Shown here one piece after another: positions 12,411-25,544 of a stretch of DNA of 64,000 nucleotides. Source of the stretch: Octopus sinensis (lineage: Eukaryota); assembly GCF_006345805.1 (NCBI RefSeq), contig NW_021835958.1:62001-126000 (forward strand). The letters run 5' to 3'. The position numbers were made by a program, and so were the translations under genes. Each line of letters starts with the position of its first letter. Position 1 is the first letter of the stretch. The notes under the pieces are model-generated. The model did no database searches, had not been told where the DNA came from, and was given only the letters and a program-made list of their open reading frames with translations.

Positions 12411-12764
12411 TGTGTCTAGCAGGTTATTTATCAGTCTGTCTGTATGTATGCATGTATGTATAAGACTTCGACCGGTCTTAGACCAGAACTAAAACAATCA
12501 GTATCCGGGCTATTTAACGGTAGGTTAGAGAAAGAAAAACACACACATTTAACTTTCTTTGCATTTTCTGTTTTATTTTCGATTAGTTTTCAATCTACCC
12601 TTCTCTCTTTTCATATCTTTTTTTTATTCATAGTATTTTTTTTTAGTTTTAAATTTCATTATATTTTGTTTTATGTTTATTTATTGTCAATCTAAATAAG
12701 ACCAGCTGCTTCTGGAATACGTTGGTTGGACAGACATTTTAGTAATGAAATGGAAGAGATGAAG

Positions 12765-12903
12765 AGAAGAAGAAGAAGAAGAAGAAGAAGAAGAAGAAGA
12801 AGAAGAAGAAGAAGAAGAAGAAGAAGAAGAAGGGGAAAATGAAGGCGTGAGAGTGGTGGATGGGGAGGAGAGTAGTATGCATGTATGTATGTATGTATGT
12901 ATG

Positions 12904-12930
<27 letters not shown>
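12765..12930. repeat. (GAA)n and (TATG)n microsatellites
   Basis: Direct reading. Confidence 0.95.
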
Positions 12931-12934
<4 letters not shown>

Positions 12935-14408
12935 CTTCGACCGATCTCAGACCAGTACAACGACAATCTGCATAGTAGTAATAGAGGGAGGCAGAAACCA
13001 AAAAAGAAGGTGAAGAAAAAAGAAAAAAAAAGGGAGAAGGAGGGGGAAGAAAAAGACGAAAAGGAATGAGGAGGAGGAAGGGGCAGAGGAAGAGAAGCGG
13101 AAGAAGAAGAAGAAGAAGAAGGAGAAACGGTGCATATAATATTCCCTTTTTTGTTGTTGTTGCTAATTGCTTTTACCTTAATTACTTGGATTAGTTACTG
13201 AAATGCTCTGAAACCGGATTTGGCTAATTATTAAATAGACTCACGTTCGCATGTACATACGTTTTTTTTTTTGTTTTTGCTTGTGTCTGTGCGTGTGTAT
13301 GTGTGTGTGTGAGTGAGAGAGAGAGAGAGAGAGAGAGGGAGAGAAAGAGAGAGAGAGAGTGAGTGTGGAGAAGGATCGAGTGAGAATATATTTATACATT
13401 ATTACAAGCTGAAGTTCACTTTGTTGCTTCTGCGATTTAGACATTCCTGTAGTGTAAAGTTATTTGAAGTATTGGATAAGGTGAAGAGGTCTACGTGCCT
13501 TTTTGGTTGGTGGTCCACGTGGAGAAAGCAATTGTTGTTGTTGTTGGTAGTGGTGGTGGTGGTGGCGGTGGTGGTGTTTAGTTCCAGGTCTGTCTTGATG
13601 GAACTGATATATGATCAGAGACGTCCTAGCCGTGGCCATCATCACGTCATTTTAGCTCAACCGACTCTACACAGAATAGCTTGCTTACCTGTTGTCGTTG
13701 TTGTTGCTGTTGTTGATCATGATGAGAAGGATGATGCTGATGCTGATGCTGATACTGTCGCTGTTAATTGTAGGATTTGTATGAAAATGTTTCACGATTG
13801 ATGCTTTTCATAGATATCAATAACTGGTGTCCCTACTCTATTGAAGAGTGGGGATCTCAGGTTGTGGTTTGGAGTTTTATATCTTTATCAGTCACTAAAT
13901 CGCAAGCAATATTAAGGAGAGCCACTCTGAATTACCAGCCAAACTCTAGGTAAAAAAAAACCCTGGAAAAATGGACGGAAAGTGATAGATGGATGGATGG
14001 ATGGATGGATATAATTATAACAGCTGGCACATAATATCAAGTGGATCTTGTGAAATGTCTTCCATGCACTTGAATTTTCAACACTTCTCCAGATTATCTT
14101 AAAAATTGTAGTTCTGGTGTAGTTTTGCATGTCGATGGCGAAAACAGCTTTCATTTTTTTCTATATATATATATTATATAATATATATATATATATATAT
14201 AATATAATATATATATATATACGAGAAAAAAGCAACAAGAATGATTAGTTTTTTTTAGTACAATTGTTTCATACAAAGACAAGCTTTATTAAAAGCTGCA
14301 AATATTGCAAATACCGCATTCAAGTGAATTCATTAGAACTGACTTGAATCTTAATTGCTTTTACTTATATATATATATATTATATCTAAATATATAATAT
14401 ATATATAT

Positions 14409-14478
<70 letters not shown>

Positions 14479-14575
14479 TTAAGTTTATTTGTAGGAATAA
14501 ACATTTCGGCATAACAGGGGTTCAAATTATTCTCAATGAGAAAATATATATTTCATTTAGAGATAGTATTTATTA

Positions 14576-14608
<33 letters not shown>

Positions 14609-14645
14609 TTATTATTATTATTATATTATTATTATTATTATTATT

Positions 14646-15193
14646 GAGTGGGTGAGAGAGCAGTGCATGCCATAAAAGTGACACTGGGGTAAAATATACG
14701 AATCCCAGTATACCCATCATGACTACCCCGTCTGATAAGGGAACACTAGGCACATGCATCGCAACCATATGTGCGTCACATGGTGATCTCATATCAAGAT
14801 AAACAGCACATGACCTGCAGGTGGGGCCCAGTTAGAATTTTCTTCTGGTCGAGTAGCCCATCCCGCTCAAACGGTCCCTGAAAAAGGTGTTTTAAGGATG
14901 TTGAAAAACCAAACCCATGTTTCCAGAGGTAACTATTCAACCCCAAAGAATCCATCTCAACACATGGCTATGATGCTCCCCCACTACTTCTGCTCATAAT
15001 CAGAGATGCACATATCGTCAGCCACCAAGGGACATGCTCAACTGGTTATGGTCAAACAACTGACAAGCAAATCTGTGGTATTGAGCACAATATTTGCTGT
15101 AGCCCATCTTTTATACCAAGACAAAACAATGTACATGATAACACTTCCAATCAGTTAAGATCAGAAGCCATGAGAGCCTCTGCCTGGTACTGC
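14646..15193. mobile_element. ~550-bp non-coding element inserted in the (ATT)n tract; candidate non-autonomous partner of a TAA-targeting element
   Basis: Complex sequence bounded on both sides by (ATT)n; no recognisable ORF. Confidence 0.6.
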
Positions 15194-15231
<38 letters not shown>

Positions 15232-15244
15232 GTTATTATTATTA

Positions 15245-15291
<47 letters not shown>

Positions 15292-15325
15292 GTTATTATT
15301 ATTATCATTATTGTTATTATTATTA

Positions 15326-15375
<50 letters not shown>

Positions 15376-15403
15376 TATTATTATTATCATTATTATTATT
15401 ATT

Positions 15404-16970
15404 CAGTAGTTTTATTTTTATAGCGTGCTTTCATTTCACTACCTAGCGCAGCTCTGTGTGCCTTGGGTATGTGTTGTGATTTGTTGTGATGCTTTGATGG
15501 TTACTGTATTGAAAGTGTTCTGCGTAGGATGTGTGCAGTGCCTAGTAGTGCAATTTTCTGTATGTTATATATATGTGTAAGTCGTGGTGGTTTTTATTAT
15601 GTATTTGTCTGAATATTTTTTTATCATGCCTAATGCACCTACTATGATAGGAATTGTTTCTGTTTTTAGATTCCACATTCTAGTTACCTCTGTTTCCAGG
15701 TCTTTGTATTTTGAAAGTTTCTCCATTACTCTTAGAGAAACGTTGTCATCTGCTGGTATTGATACATCAATTAGAAAGCATTTTTTTCTTCATGATCTCT
15801 GACAACTATATCTGGTCTGTTGGCCTTAATTTCTCTATCTGTGTGTGTGTATCGGCATATCCCAGAGTATGGTTGCTTTCTCGTTTTCTGTGACCATTTC
15901 TGGTGTGTGCCTATACCATCTTTTTTTTGTTGCTATTCCATAATTTTGGCATAGCGTCCAGAGTATGTAGGTCCCAACTCTGTCGTGTCTGTGAATATAT
16001 TCCTTCTTAGGAATATATTCCTCTGGGCAGCCAGAGATAATATGATTTATTGTTTCTTGTCCATCTCCACATATTCTGCAGTTACTTGTTATATTTCTTT
16101 TCATTACATGTTTTTGGTAATTTCTGGTGGGGAGGCTTTGTAAATGCTTTGTACATTGTAGGGGGACAGGTTATAGGTCTGTGGTTATCTGGTTTTGCTG
16201 TCTCATTGGATTTGGTAATTAAGATGGTTTTCCCCTTCGTGAGCCATTCTGGCATTATCTCTGGCTCTGCCAGTATGTTGTTTAAGTTTTCAGCCAGCTT
16301 TTTGTGCGTTCCTGTCAGATATTTCAACCGGAAGTTGTGGATCTTGTCATGCCCAGGTGCCTTCCAGTTGCTTAGTCTTTGTAGTGCCTGGGTGACCTCT
16401 TCAGTTGTTATGGGGGTCCAAAGTTGCTCAGATGCTAAGTTTGTTGTTTTAATACTCCATTTTTTGGTTGTTCATTCGCCGACCATATTTCTTTCCAGAA
16501 TTCTTCCACTTCTTCTGCCGTTGGTGCTGCAGTGATTTCTATTTTATTTTTGCCAAGTTCTTGGTAGAACTTTTTGGGGTTGGAGTTGAACTGTTTGTTT
16601 TGTTCAAAGAAACGTTGGGGTTTCTCATACCGGGGGATCCTTTGTGCTTGGCAAGGATATCTTGCTTTAACTTTTCTTTTATCTCAGGTAAATCTTTTTC
16701 TGTGATGTTGTATTTGCACAGTATTTTTGTTTTCTTTTTGTTGCTTAGTAGTGTTGATTGTCTACTGATTTCGTTAAGAATCGACAGATCTTTTCTCATT
16801 TTTTGTATTTTTTAATGTAATTTATCCACAGGGTTTGTTTGTGTGGTGGTACTCCTATTTGGATGGGTTTGATGGAGTATCCAACTTCTTTTGTGGCTGA
16901 AGAGGCTGCTGCATATACTAAGCCATTTAGCTCAGTGATATTGCTATTTGTTTCAGTAGCTATTAGTTCC
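15404..16970 (-). mobile_element. R4/Dong-type non-LTR retrotransposon copy A (5'-truncated, RT deleted)
   Basis: CCHC motif CRICGDGQETINHIISGCP, RHD and REL nuclease; junction at 16140/16141 joins LPTRNY directly to YRPITC; flanked by (TAA)n. Confidence 0.9.
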
Positions 16971-16994
16971 TATTATTATTATTATTATTATTAC

Positions 16995-17222
16995 TTTTTT
17001 TCTTCTTCTTTCAAATTTGCTTCCATTTCTTGCCGAGTGTCTTCCCGACTCCTAGGGCAAAGAAACTCATAGTATACATTGGTAGGCCATTAAACCAAAC
17101 TCAGTAGTTCGTTAATTTTTTTTTTAAAGTTAAATTAAAATACATGAGCAGCAACAGTTCTCACATCGACAATGCTCTTCTCAATACGTGTGATATACCA
17201 GTTAAGACAATCTTTTGCACTT
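16995..17222 (-). mobile_element. 3'-terminal fragment of a second Dong-like family
   Basis: Minus strand 17222-17160 reads EVQKIVLTGISHVLRRALSM*, homologous to the IQKIALLGTAHILRRTLSIQ* C-terminus of copy B, followed by a different 3' UTR; flanked by (TAA)n. Confidence 0.75.
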
Positions 17223-17294
17223 CTATTATTATTATCATTATCATTATTATTATTATTATCATTATTATTACTATTGTTGTTGTTGTTGTTGTTG

Positions 17295-17371
<77 letters not shown>

Positions 17372-17373
<2 letters not shown>

Positions 17374-18392
17374 TGTAGTTTTTATTTTATAGCGTGCTTT
17401 CATTTCACTACCGAGCGCAGCTCTGTGTGGTATGTGCTGTGATTTGTTGTGATGCTCTGATGGTTATTGTATGGAAAGTGTTCTGCGTAGGATGTGTGCA
17501 GTGCCTAGTAGTGCAATTTTCTGTATGTTATATGTGTATGTAAGTCCTGGTGTTTTTGTTATGTATTTGTCTGAATATTTTTTTATCATGCCTAATGCAC
17601 CTACTATGATAGGAATTGTTTCTGTTTTTAGATTCCACATTCTAGTTACCTCTGTTTCCAGGTCTTTGTATTTTGAAAGTTTCTCCATTTCTTTTAGAGA
17701 AACGTTGTCATCTGCCGGTATTGATACATCAATTAGAAAGCATTTTTTTACTTCATGATCTCTGACAACTATATCTGGTCTGTTGGCCTTAATTTCTCTA
17801 TCTGTGTGTATCGGCATATCCCAGAGTATGGTGCTTTCTCGTTTTCTGTGACTTTTTCTGGTGTGTGCCTTTATACATCTTTTTTCTGTTGTTATTCCAT
17901 AATTTTGGCATAGCTTCCAGTGTATGTAGGTTCCAACTCGTGTGTCTGGGAATATTCCTTCTTAGCCAGGACTGGCAGCCAGAAATAATATGATTTATTG
18001 TTTTTGTCCATCTCCACATATTCTGCAGTTACTTGTTATATTTCTTTTCATTACATGTTTTTGGTAATTTCTGGTGGGGAGGCTTTGGTCTTGCGCTGCA
18101 ATTAAAAGTCCCTCTGTCTCTGCTTTGAGTCCTGAGCTTCTCAACCATTGCTGGGATTTTTCTTTATCTATTTCTTTTTGCATTTAGTTTAGTCCAGTAT
18201 TTGCCATAAAGGGGCTTTTCTTGCCATCGTTTTATCATGGTCCGTTGCTGTTCTATTTTTAGTTTGGTTTTAATTTGTTTTATAGCTTTTGTTGTTTCTT
18301 TATCTTCTTCTTCTTCTTCTTCTCTTCTTCTTCTTCTCTCTTCTTCTTCTTCTTCTTCTCTTCTTTCTTCTTCTATTCTTTCTTCTTCTTCT

Positions 18393-18427
<35 letters not shown>

Positions 18428-20443
18428 CTTTATTCTTTCTCTTCTTCTTCTTCTTTCTTCTTCTCTTCTTCTTCATATTTGTTAGAGGTGGTATGATTTC
18501 TTGTTTCTATTTGTCAGCTTCCTTAAATACTGAGAACAATTTTTGTTTTGCTCGTGTTTTGCCGCTATTTGTATCAGTTTCCTTGTTTCTGAAGTAGGTA
18601 TTTCTGCAGTCCTATTGTGGTTATTTTATAGTAGTTTTTCCAGCTGTATAAGGCCTCTACACTTCTATACGTTGTATATATAGCCTTTCTATGTGAGATT
18701 TGGGTGATGCATCCTAGATCCTGTCATTTTTTTTCTTGTTTCCTATCTATTTTGGTTAGTTCATTTAGCGTCCAGTTAAGGATATTGTAGCTGTAACGTA
18801 TAACTGGGACGGCTAAAGTGTTGTTTTAGCATTGAGCTCTGGTTTTAGTATTGATCTAACTCGTCTATAATATTCTTTATTTTCTCTTTCATTTCTGTGT
18901 GTTGTGTCTTATCTAGTTCATGGTCCTAAATATTTGTAAGTTTGGCTTTGGTCTAATTCTCTTATTTCATTGGCTTTATCTAGTGTGATGTTGCTACTCT
19001 TAACTGGTTTTCCTCTTTTCAGGGTTACTTTGGCGCATTTTTCTAATCCAAATTTCATATCTATTTCTTTGGTAAATCCATGAACTATCTGTAGTAGTGT
19101 TTCCAGCTGTTTGTCATTTGTAGCGTATAGTTTTAGGTCATCCATATATAAAAGGTGGCTGATCGTTTTGCCGTAACATTTATATCCGCATCCAGTTCTA
19201 TTTAGCATATCGGATAGAGGTGACAGTGCCAAGCAGAAAAGGAGTGGAGAGAGCGAGTCTTCCTGGAATATTCCTCTTCTAATGGGGATGGCTTTAGTTT
19301 TCACGAGTCCGTCTTTTGTTTGGAGCTATAGCACTGTCTGCCATTTATTCATAGAGTGTCCTATGTATTTTATAATTGTTGGTGCTACCTTGTTAATGGC
19401 TAGTGTTTCGAGGATCCACGTGAGGGGAATTCTATCAAATGCCTTTCGGTAGTCGATCCAGTCCATACCGAGGTCTTTCTTCTTTCTGTGGCTGTCTTCA
19501 GTTATAGCTTTATTGATCATTAGTTGATCTTTACAGCCATATGAGCCTTTGCGGCATCCTTTCTGCTCTTCTGGAAACAGGTTGTTTTCGTCCAGGTGCT
19601 TGTTCAACGTTTGTGATATTACTGCAGTAAATGCTTTGTACATTGTAGGGGGACAGGTTATGGGTCTGTAGTTATCTGGTTTTGCTGTCTCATTGGATTT
19701 GGGAATTAAGATGGTTTTCCCCTTCGTGAGCCATTCTGGCATTGTCTCTGGATCTGCCAGTATGTTGTTTAAGTTTTCAGCCAGCTTTTTGTGCATTCAT
19801 GTCAGATATTTCAACCAGAAGTTGTGGATCTTGTCATGCCCAGGTGCCTTCCAGTTGCTTAGTCTTGTAGTGCCTGGGTGACCTCTTCAGTTGTTATGGG
19901 GGTCCAAAAGTTGCTCAGATGCTAAGTTTGTTGCTTTATACTCCATTTTTGGTGTTCATTCGCCGACCTATTTCTTTCCAGAATTCTTCCACTTCTTCTG
20001 CCGTTGGGGTGCTGCAGTGATTTCTATTTTATTTTTCAAGTTCTTGGTAGAACTTTTGGGGTTGGAGTTGAACTGTTTGTTTGTTTCAAAGAAACGTTGG
20101 CGTTTCTCATACGGGGGATCCTTTGTGCTTGGCAAGGATATCTTGCTTTAGCTTTTCTTTATCTCAGGTAAATCTTTTCTGTGATGTTGTATTTGCGGAG
20201 TATTGTTTTCTTTGTTGTTGTATTAGCGTTGATTGTCTACTGATTTCGTTAAGAATCGACAGATCTTTTCTCATTTTTGGTATTTTAATATAATTTATCC
20301 ACAGGGTTTGTTTGGGTGGTGGGTATTCCTATTTGGATGGGTTTGATGGAGTATCCAACTTCTTTTGTGGCTGCAGAGGCTGCTGCATATACTAAGTCAT
20401 TTAGCTCAGTGATATTGCTATTTGTTCAGTGGCTATTAGTTCC
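17372..20443 (-). mobile_element. R4/Dong-type non-LTR retrotransposon copy B (5'-truncated, RT and REL present, frameshifted)
   Basis: RT motifs IDYRKAFD, RGIFQEDSLSPLLF and HLLYMDDLKLY; REL NRPDIVV..LIDVSIP..KLSKYKDL; internal (GAA)n-like tract 18302-18475. Confidence 0.93.
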
Positions 20444-20611
20444 TATTATTATTATTATTATTATTATATTATTATTATTATTATTATTATATATTATTAT
20501 TATTATCATCATTATCATCATCATCATCATCATCATCATCTCATCATCCATCATCATAATCATTATCATTATTATATTATTATTATTATTATTATTATTA
20601 TATTATTATTC

Positions 20612-20639
<28 letters not shown>

Positions 20640-20642
<3 letters not shown>

Positions 20643-21588
20643 TAGTTTTATTTTTATAGCGTGCTTTCACTTCATTACCGAGCGCAGCTCTGTGGTGCCT
20701 TAGGTATGTGCTGTGATTGTTGTGATGCTCTGATGGTTATTGTATGGAAAGTATTCTGCGTAGGATGTGTTGCAGTGCCTAGTAGTGCAATTTTCTGTAT
20801 GTTATATGTGTTTGTAAGTCGTGGTGTTTTTGTTATGTATTTGTCTGAATATTTTTTATCATGCCTAATGCACCTACTATGATAGGAATTGTTCTGTTTT
20901 TAGATTCCACATTCTAGTTACCTCTGTTTCCAGGTCTTTGTATTTTGAAAGTTTCTCCATTTCTCTTAGAGAGACACGTGTCATCTGCAGGTATTGATAC
21001 ATCATATTGAAAGCATATTTTTTCTTCATGATCTCTGACAACTATATCTGGTCTGTTGGCCTTAATTTTTCTATCTGTGTGTATCGGCTTATCCCAGAGT
21101 ATGGTTGCTTTCTCGTTTTCTGTAACCTTTTCTGGTATGTGCCTATACCATCTTTTTTCTGTTGTTATTCCATAATTTTGTCATAGCTTCCAGTGTATGT
21201 AGGTTCCAACTCTGTCATGTCTGTGAATATATTCCTTCTTAGCCAGGACTGGGCAGCCAGAGATAATATGATTTATTGTTTCTTGTCCATCTCCACATAT
21301 TCTGCAGTTACTTGTTATATTTCTTTTCATTACATGTTTTTGGTAATTTCTGGTGGGGAGGCTTTGGTCTTGTGCTGCAATTAAAAATCCCTCTTACTCT
21401 GCTTTCAGTCCTGAGCTTCTCAACCATTGCTGGGATTTTTCTTTGTCTATTTCTTTTGCGTTTAGTTTAGTCCAGTATTTACCATAAAGGGGCTTTTCTT
21501 GCCATCGTTTTATCATGGTTCGTTGCTGTTCTATTTTTAGTTTGGTTTTAATTTGTTTTATAGCTTTTGTTGTTTCTTTATCTTCTTC

Positions 21589-21632
<44 letters not shown>

Positions 21633-23980
21633 CTTCTTCTTCTTCTTCTTCTTTTCTTCTTCTTCTTCTTCTTCTTCTTCTTCTTCTTCTTCTTCTTCAT
21701 ATTTATTAGGTGGTATGATTTCTTTGTATTTGTCAGCTTCCTTAAATACTGAGAACAGTTTTTTATTTGCTCGTGTTTTGCCGCTATTTGTATCAGTTTT
21801 CCTTCTTTCTGAAGTAGATATTTTTGCAGTCCTATTGTGGTTATTTATAGTAGTTTTCCAGCTGTATAAGGCCTCTACCACCTTCTATACGTTGTATATA
21901 TAGTCTTTCTATGTCAGATTTTGGGTGATGCATCCTAGATCCTGTCATTATTTTTCTTGTTTTCCTATCTATTTGGTCAGTTCATTTAGTGTCCAGTTAA
22001 GGATATTGTAGCTGTAACTTATAACTGGGACAGCTAAAGTGTTAATATATTATCTTGTTTTTAGCATTGAGCTCTGTTTTTAGTATTGATCTAACTCGTC
22101 TATAATATTCTTTTTTAATTTTCACTTTCATTTCTGTGTGTTGTGTCTTATCTAGTTCATGGATTCCTAAGTATTTGTAAGTTTGGCTTTGGTCTAATTC
22201 TTTTATTTCATTGGCTTTATCTAGTGTGATGTTGCTACTCGTAACTTGTTTTCCTCTTTTCAGGGTTACTTAGGCGCATTTTTCTAATCCAAATTTCATA
22301 TTTATTTCTTTGGTAAATCCATGAACTGTCTTTAATAGTGTTTCCACCTGTTTGTCATTTGCAGCGTATAGTTTTAGGTCATCCATATATAAAAGGTGGC
22401 TGATCGTTTTGCCGTAACATTTATATCCGCATCCAGTTCTATTTAGCATATCAGATAGAGATAACAGTTCCAAGCAGAAAAGGAGTGGAGAGAGCGAGTC
22501 TTCCTGGAATATTCCTCTTCTAATGGGGATGGCTTTGGTTTTCATGAGTCCGTCTTTTGTTTGGGGCTGTAGCACTGTTTGCCATTTATTCATAGAGTGC
22601 CCTATGAATTTTATAATTGTTGGTGCTACCTTGTTAATGGCTAGTGTTTCGAGGATCCATGTGTGGGGGATGCTATCAAACGCCTTTTTGTAGTCGATCC
22701 AGGCCATACTGAGGCCTTTCTTATTTCTGTGGCTGTCTTCAGTTATGGCTTTATTAATCATTAGTTGATCTTTACAGCCATATGAGCCTTTGCGGCATCC
22801 TTCCTTTCTGCTCTTCTGGAAACAGGTTGTTTTCGTCCAGGTGCTTGTTCAACGTTTGTGATATCACTGCAGTAAATGCTTTGTATATTGTAGGGAGACA
22901 GGTTATTGGTCTGTAGTTATATGGTTTTGCTGTCTTATTTGGTTTGGGAATTAAGATGGTTTTCCCCTTTGTGAGCCATTCTGGCATTGTCTCTGGCTCT
23001 GCCAGTATGTTGTTAAAGTTTTCAGCCAGCTTTTTGTGCATTCCTGTTAGATATTTCAACCAGAAGTTGTGGATCTTGTCATGCCCAGGTGCCTTCCAGG
23101 TGCTTAGTCTTTGTAGGGCTTGGGTGACCTCTTCAGTTGTTGTGGGGGTCCAAAGTTGCTCAGATGCTGAGTTTGTTGTTTTAATACTCCTTTTATTTGG
23201 TTGTTCGTTCGCCGACCATGTTTCTTTCCAGAATTCTTCCACTTCTTCTGCCGTTGGTGCTGCAGTGATTTCTATTTTATTTTTGCCAAGTTCTTGGTAG
23301 AACTTTTTGGGGTTGGCGTTGAACTGTTTGTTTTGTTCAAGGATATCTTTCTTTAGCTTTTCTTTTATCTCAGGTAAATCTTTTTCTGTGATGTTGTATT
23401 TGCGGAGTATTTTTGTTTTCTTTTTGTTGCTTATTAGCGTTGATTGTCTACTGATTTCGTTAAGAATCGACAGATCTTTTCTCATTTTTTGTATTTTGTT
23501 TTGGATGTTATTTATCCACAGGGTTTGTTTGGGTGGTGGTACTCCTATTTCGATGGGTTTGAGAGAGTATCCAGCTACTTTTGTGGCTGCAATGGCTGCT
23601 GCGTATACTAAGTCATTTAGCTCAGTGATATCGCTTTTTGTTTCAGTGGCTATTAGTACCGTGACGGCTAGGTTTATGCTCTTTATAATTGATGTTGTTG
23701 TTTCGTCTATTTTGATTTTTGGGAGGTATGGTCGGTGGTCCATCTTGAGATCTGTGTTTTTCAGTTCTTTGATTATTCTACTTTTTATAGTATCATAATC
23801 ATTAGGCTCCCCTTCGGTGTTTCCAGGTTTTACATTTGTGTCACTTTTTTTCACGTTCGTATGTTTGTTAGTCGTGCTTTGGCTTGCTGTTTTTCGTGTA
23901 TTATTATGCATGCTTACGGTCTGGGTTTGTTGTTTTTTGTTTACATCGTGTTTGTTGGGAATATTACGTTTGTATTCGTG

Positions 23981-23982
<2 letters not shown>
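20640..23982 (-). mobile_element. R4/Dong-type non-LTR retrotransposon copy C (longest copy, frameshifted)
   Basis: ORFs 22772-23982 and 22270-22761 (WIDYKKAFD, GIFQEDSLSP, YMDD), then CCHC and REL; internal (GAA)n(CAA)n tract 21582-21698; (TAA)n on both sides. Confidence 0.93.
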
Positions 23983-24040
<58 letters not shown>

Positions 24041-24632
24041 CATTATTATTATTACTAAGACGAAGAACGCGATTCGATTGTAAGATATTTTATTAGTTGA
24101 ACGATATTTCAACAGTACCTCTGTCTTTGTCAAGTTCAAAATAAGAAGTGATAAAAATTCAAAATTACAGAAATTTAAACGTAAAGTATGAACGAGAGCA
24201 ACAAGCGTCCACACGTTGATGGATTGACATTGTCAGTGTTTAGTTACAATTTTATTACAGGTGAAAAGAAAAAGACAGAAAAAAAAACAGAAAAAAAGAC
24301 GATAGAAAAAAGGAAAGAAAAAGAAAGAAGAATATTTAATCAAACAGTTTTGTATAAATATGATGATATTCTCCTGCATGTAATCTTTTCACTCCCTTGC
24401 ATGTAATCTTTTCACTCAGGTACCATTAGACCCGACACCGTTTGGAAATCGGTGTTCATTCAAAGTCAGTGTTCAGCTCTGACGATACCGGTATGACTTT
24501 GAATAATGATTTTTATACTTCAGAATTCCACCTAAACTCATCAAATTGTTTTATATATCTTTGCTTTTCTTAACAAAGCCTTATTTTTATATCTAATATG
24601 CATTTTCTTTGTTTTTCTTTTTAATTTTCCCT

Positions 24633-24723
<91 letters not shown>

Positions 24724-24756
24724 AAACACTAAAATGAAATGCGCCGCACCACACAA

Positions 24757-24787
<31 letters not shown>

Positions 24788-25177
24788 CACCACTCACGCA
24801 ATGTTCTAAAATATTCCGGGGAATACAATATATTTTTGCCTCTGCCGCTAGTCAATAATTTCGAGAAAAAGAACAAAAAAAAAAACAAAATAAAAATTTG
24901 TATTGTATAAAAGTAATGTTTTTCATTCTAAGCCTTAAATTAGATATTTTATTATTACTTTTTTTAAGGTAAATTTTTCTCTCTAAGCCTGGTCGCTTCA
25001 AAACTATATATGTATTATTTTTAATAATATATATGATCATAATATATAAATATTAAGGCCCTTTGGCAATTTTTACATTACCAGACCCTCTGATACAAAA
25101 AATATATATTAAAAAAAATATGACAGCAAGCGAACCTCCTCCATACACCTCACTACACATAAGCATACATGCATACA

Positions 25178-25209
<32 letters not shown>

Positions 25210-25544
25210 CTTACATACATGCACATATGTGTGTGTGTGTATTATACACACATACACACATATATGCATATATATTTATAGCTACCAATCATCTATTTAT
25301 CTATGTTTCAAATATATATATATATAAAATATAGGTTATATTTAAGATCAAAGAATAGATACTGAACTTTAAAATGTAGAATCCAAACTTTGTTTTCGGT
25401 ATGTCTCTAGTACTGTGCCTTGAGAGCACGTTTACCACTTACAGCTACCAAGCTCATACGCGATGCTGCACTTTAGTCGCAGGATCTACATAAGGAATTC
25501 CTCGGTGCGCGTTTAGTATATTTTGAATAATTGATAGGAAAGAC

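Noticed and set aside
17372-23982. Interpreting the many frameshifts in Dong copies B and C as evidence of great age
   Set aside because: Most are single-base homopolymer indels while substitutions between copies are few; they may be long-read assembly errors, so age cannot be judged here
23983-24214. N-terminal extension of the 480-aa ORF 22772-24214
   Set aside because: The ORF reads through the (TAA)n tract (poly-Ile) into flanking DNA; only the part below ~23982 resembles the retroelement
24430-24515. Paired hairpins containing CTGACGA
   Set aside because: No GAAA or stem III follows, so it does not fit a hammerhead, and no other RNA class could be fitted
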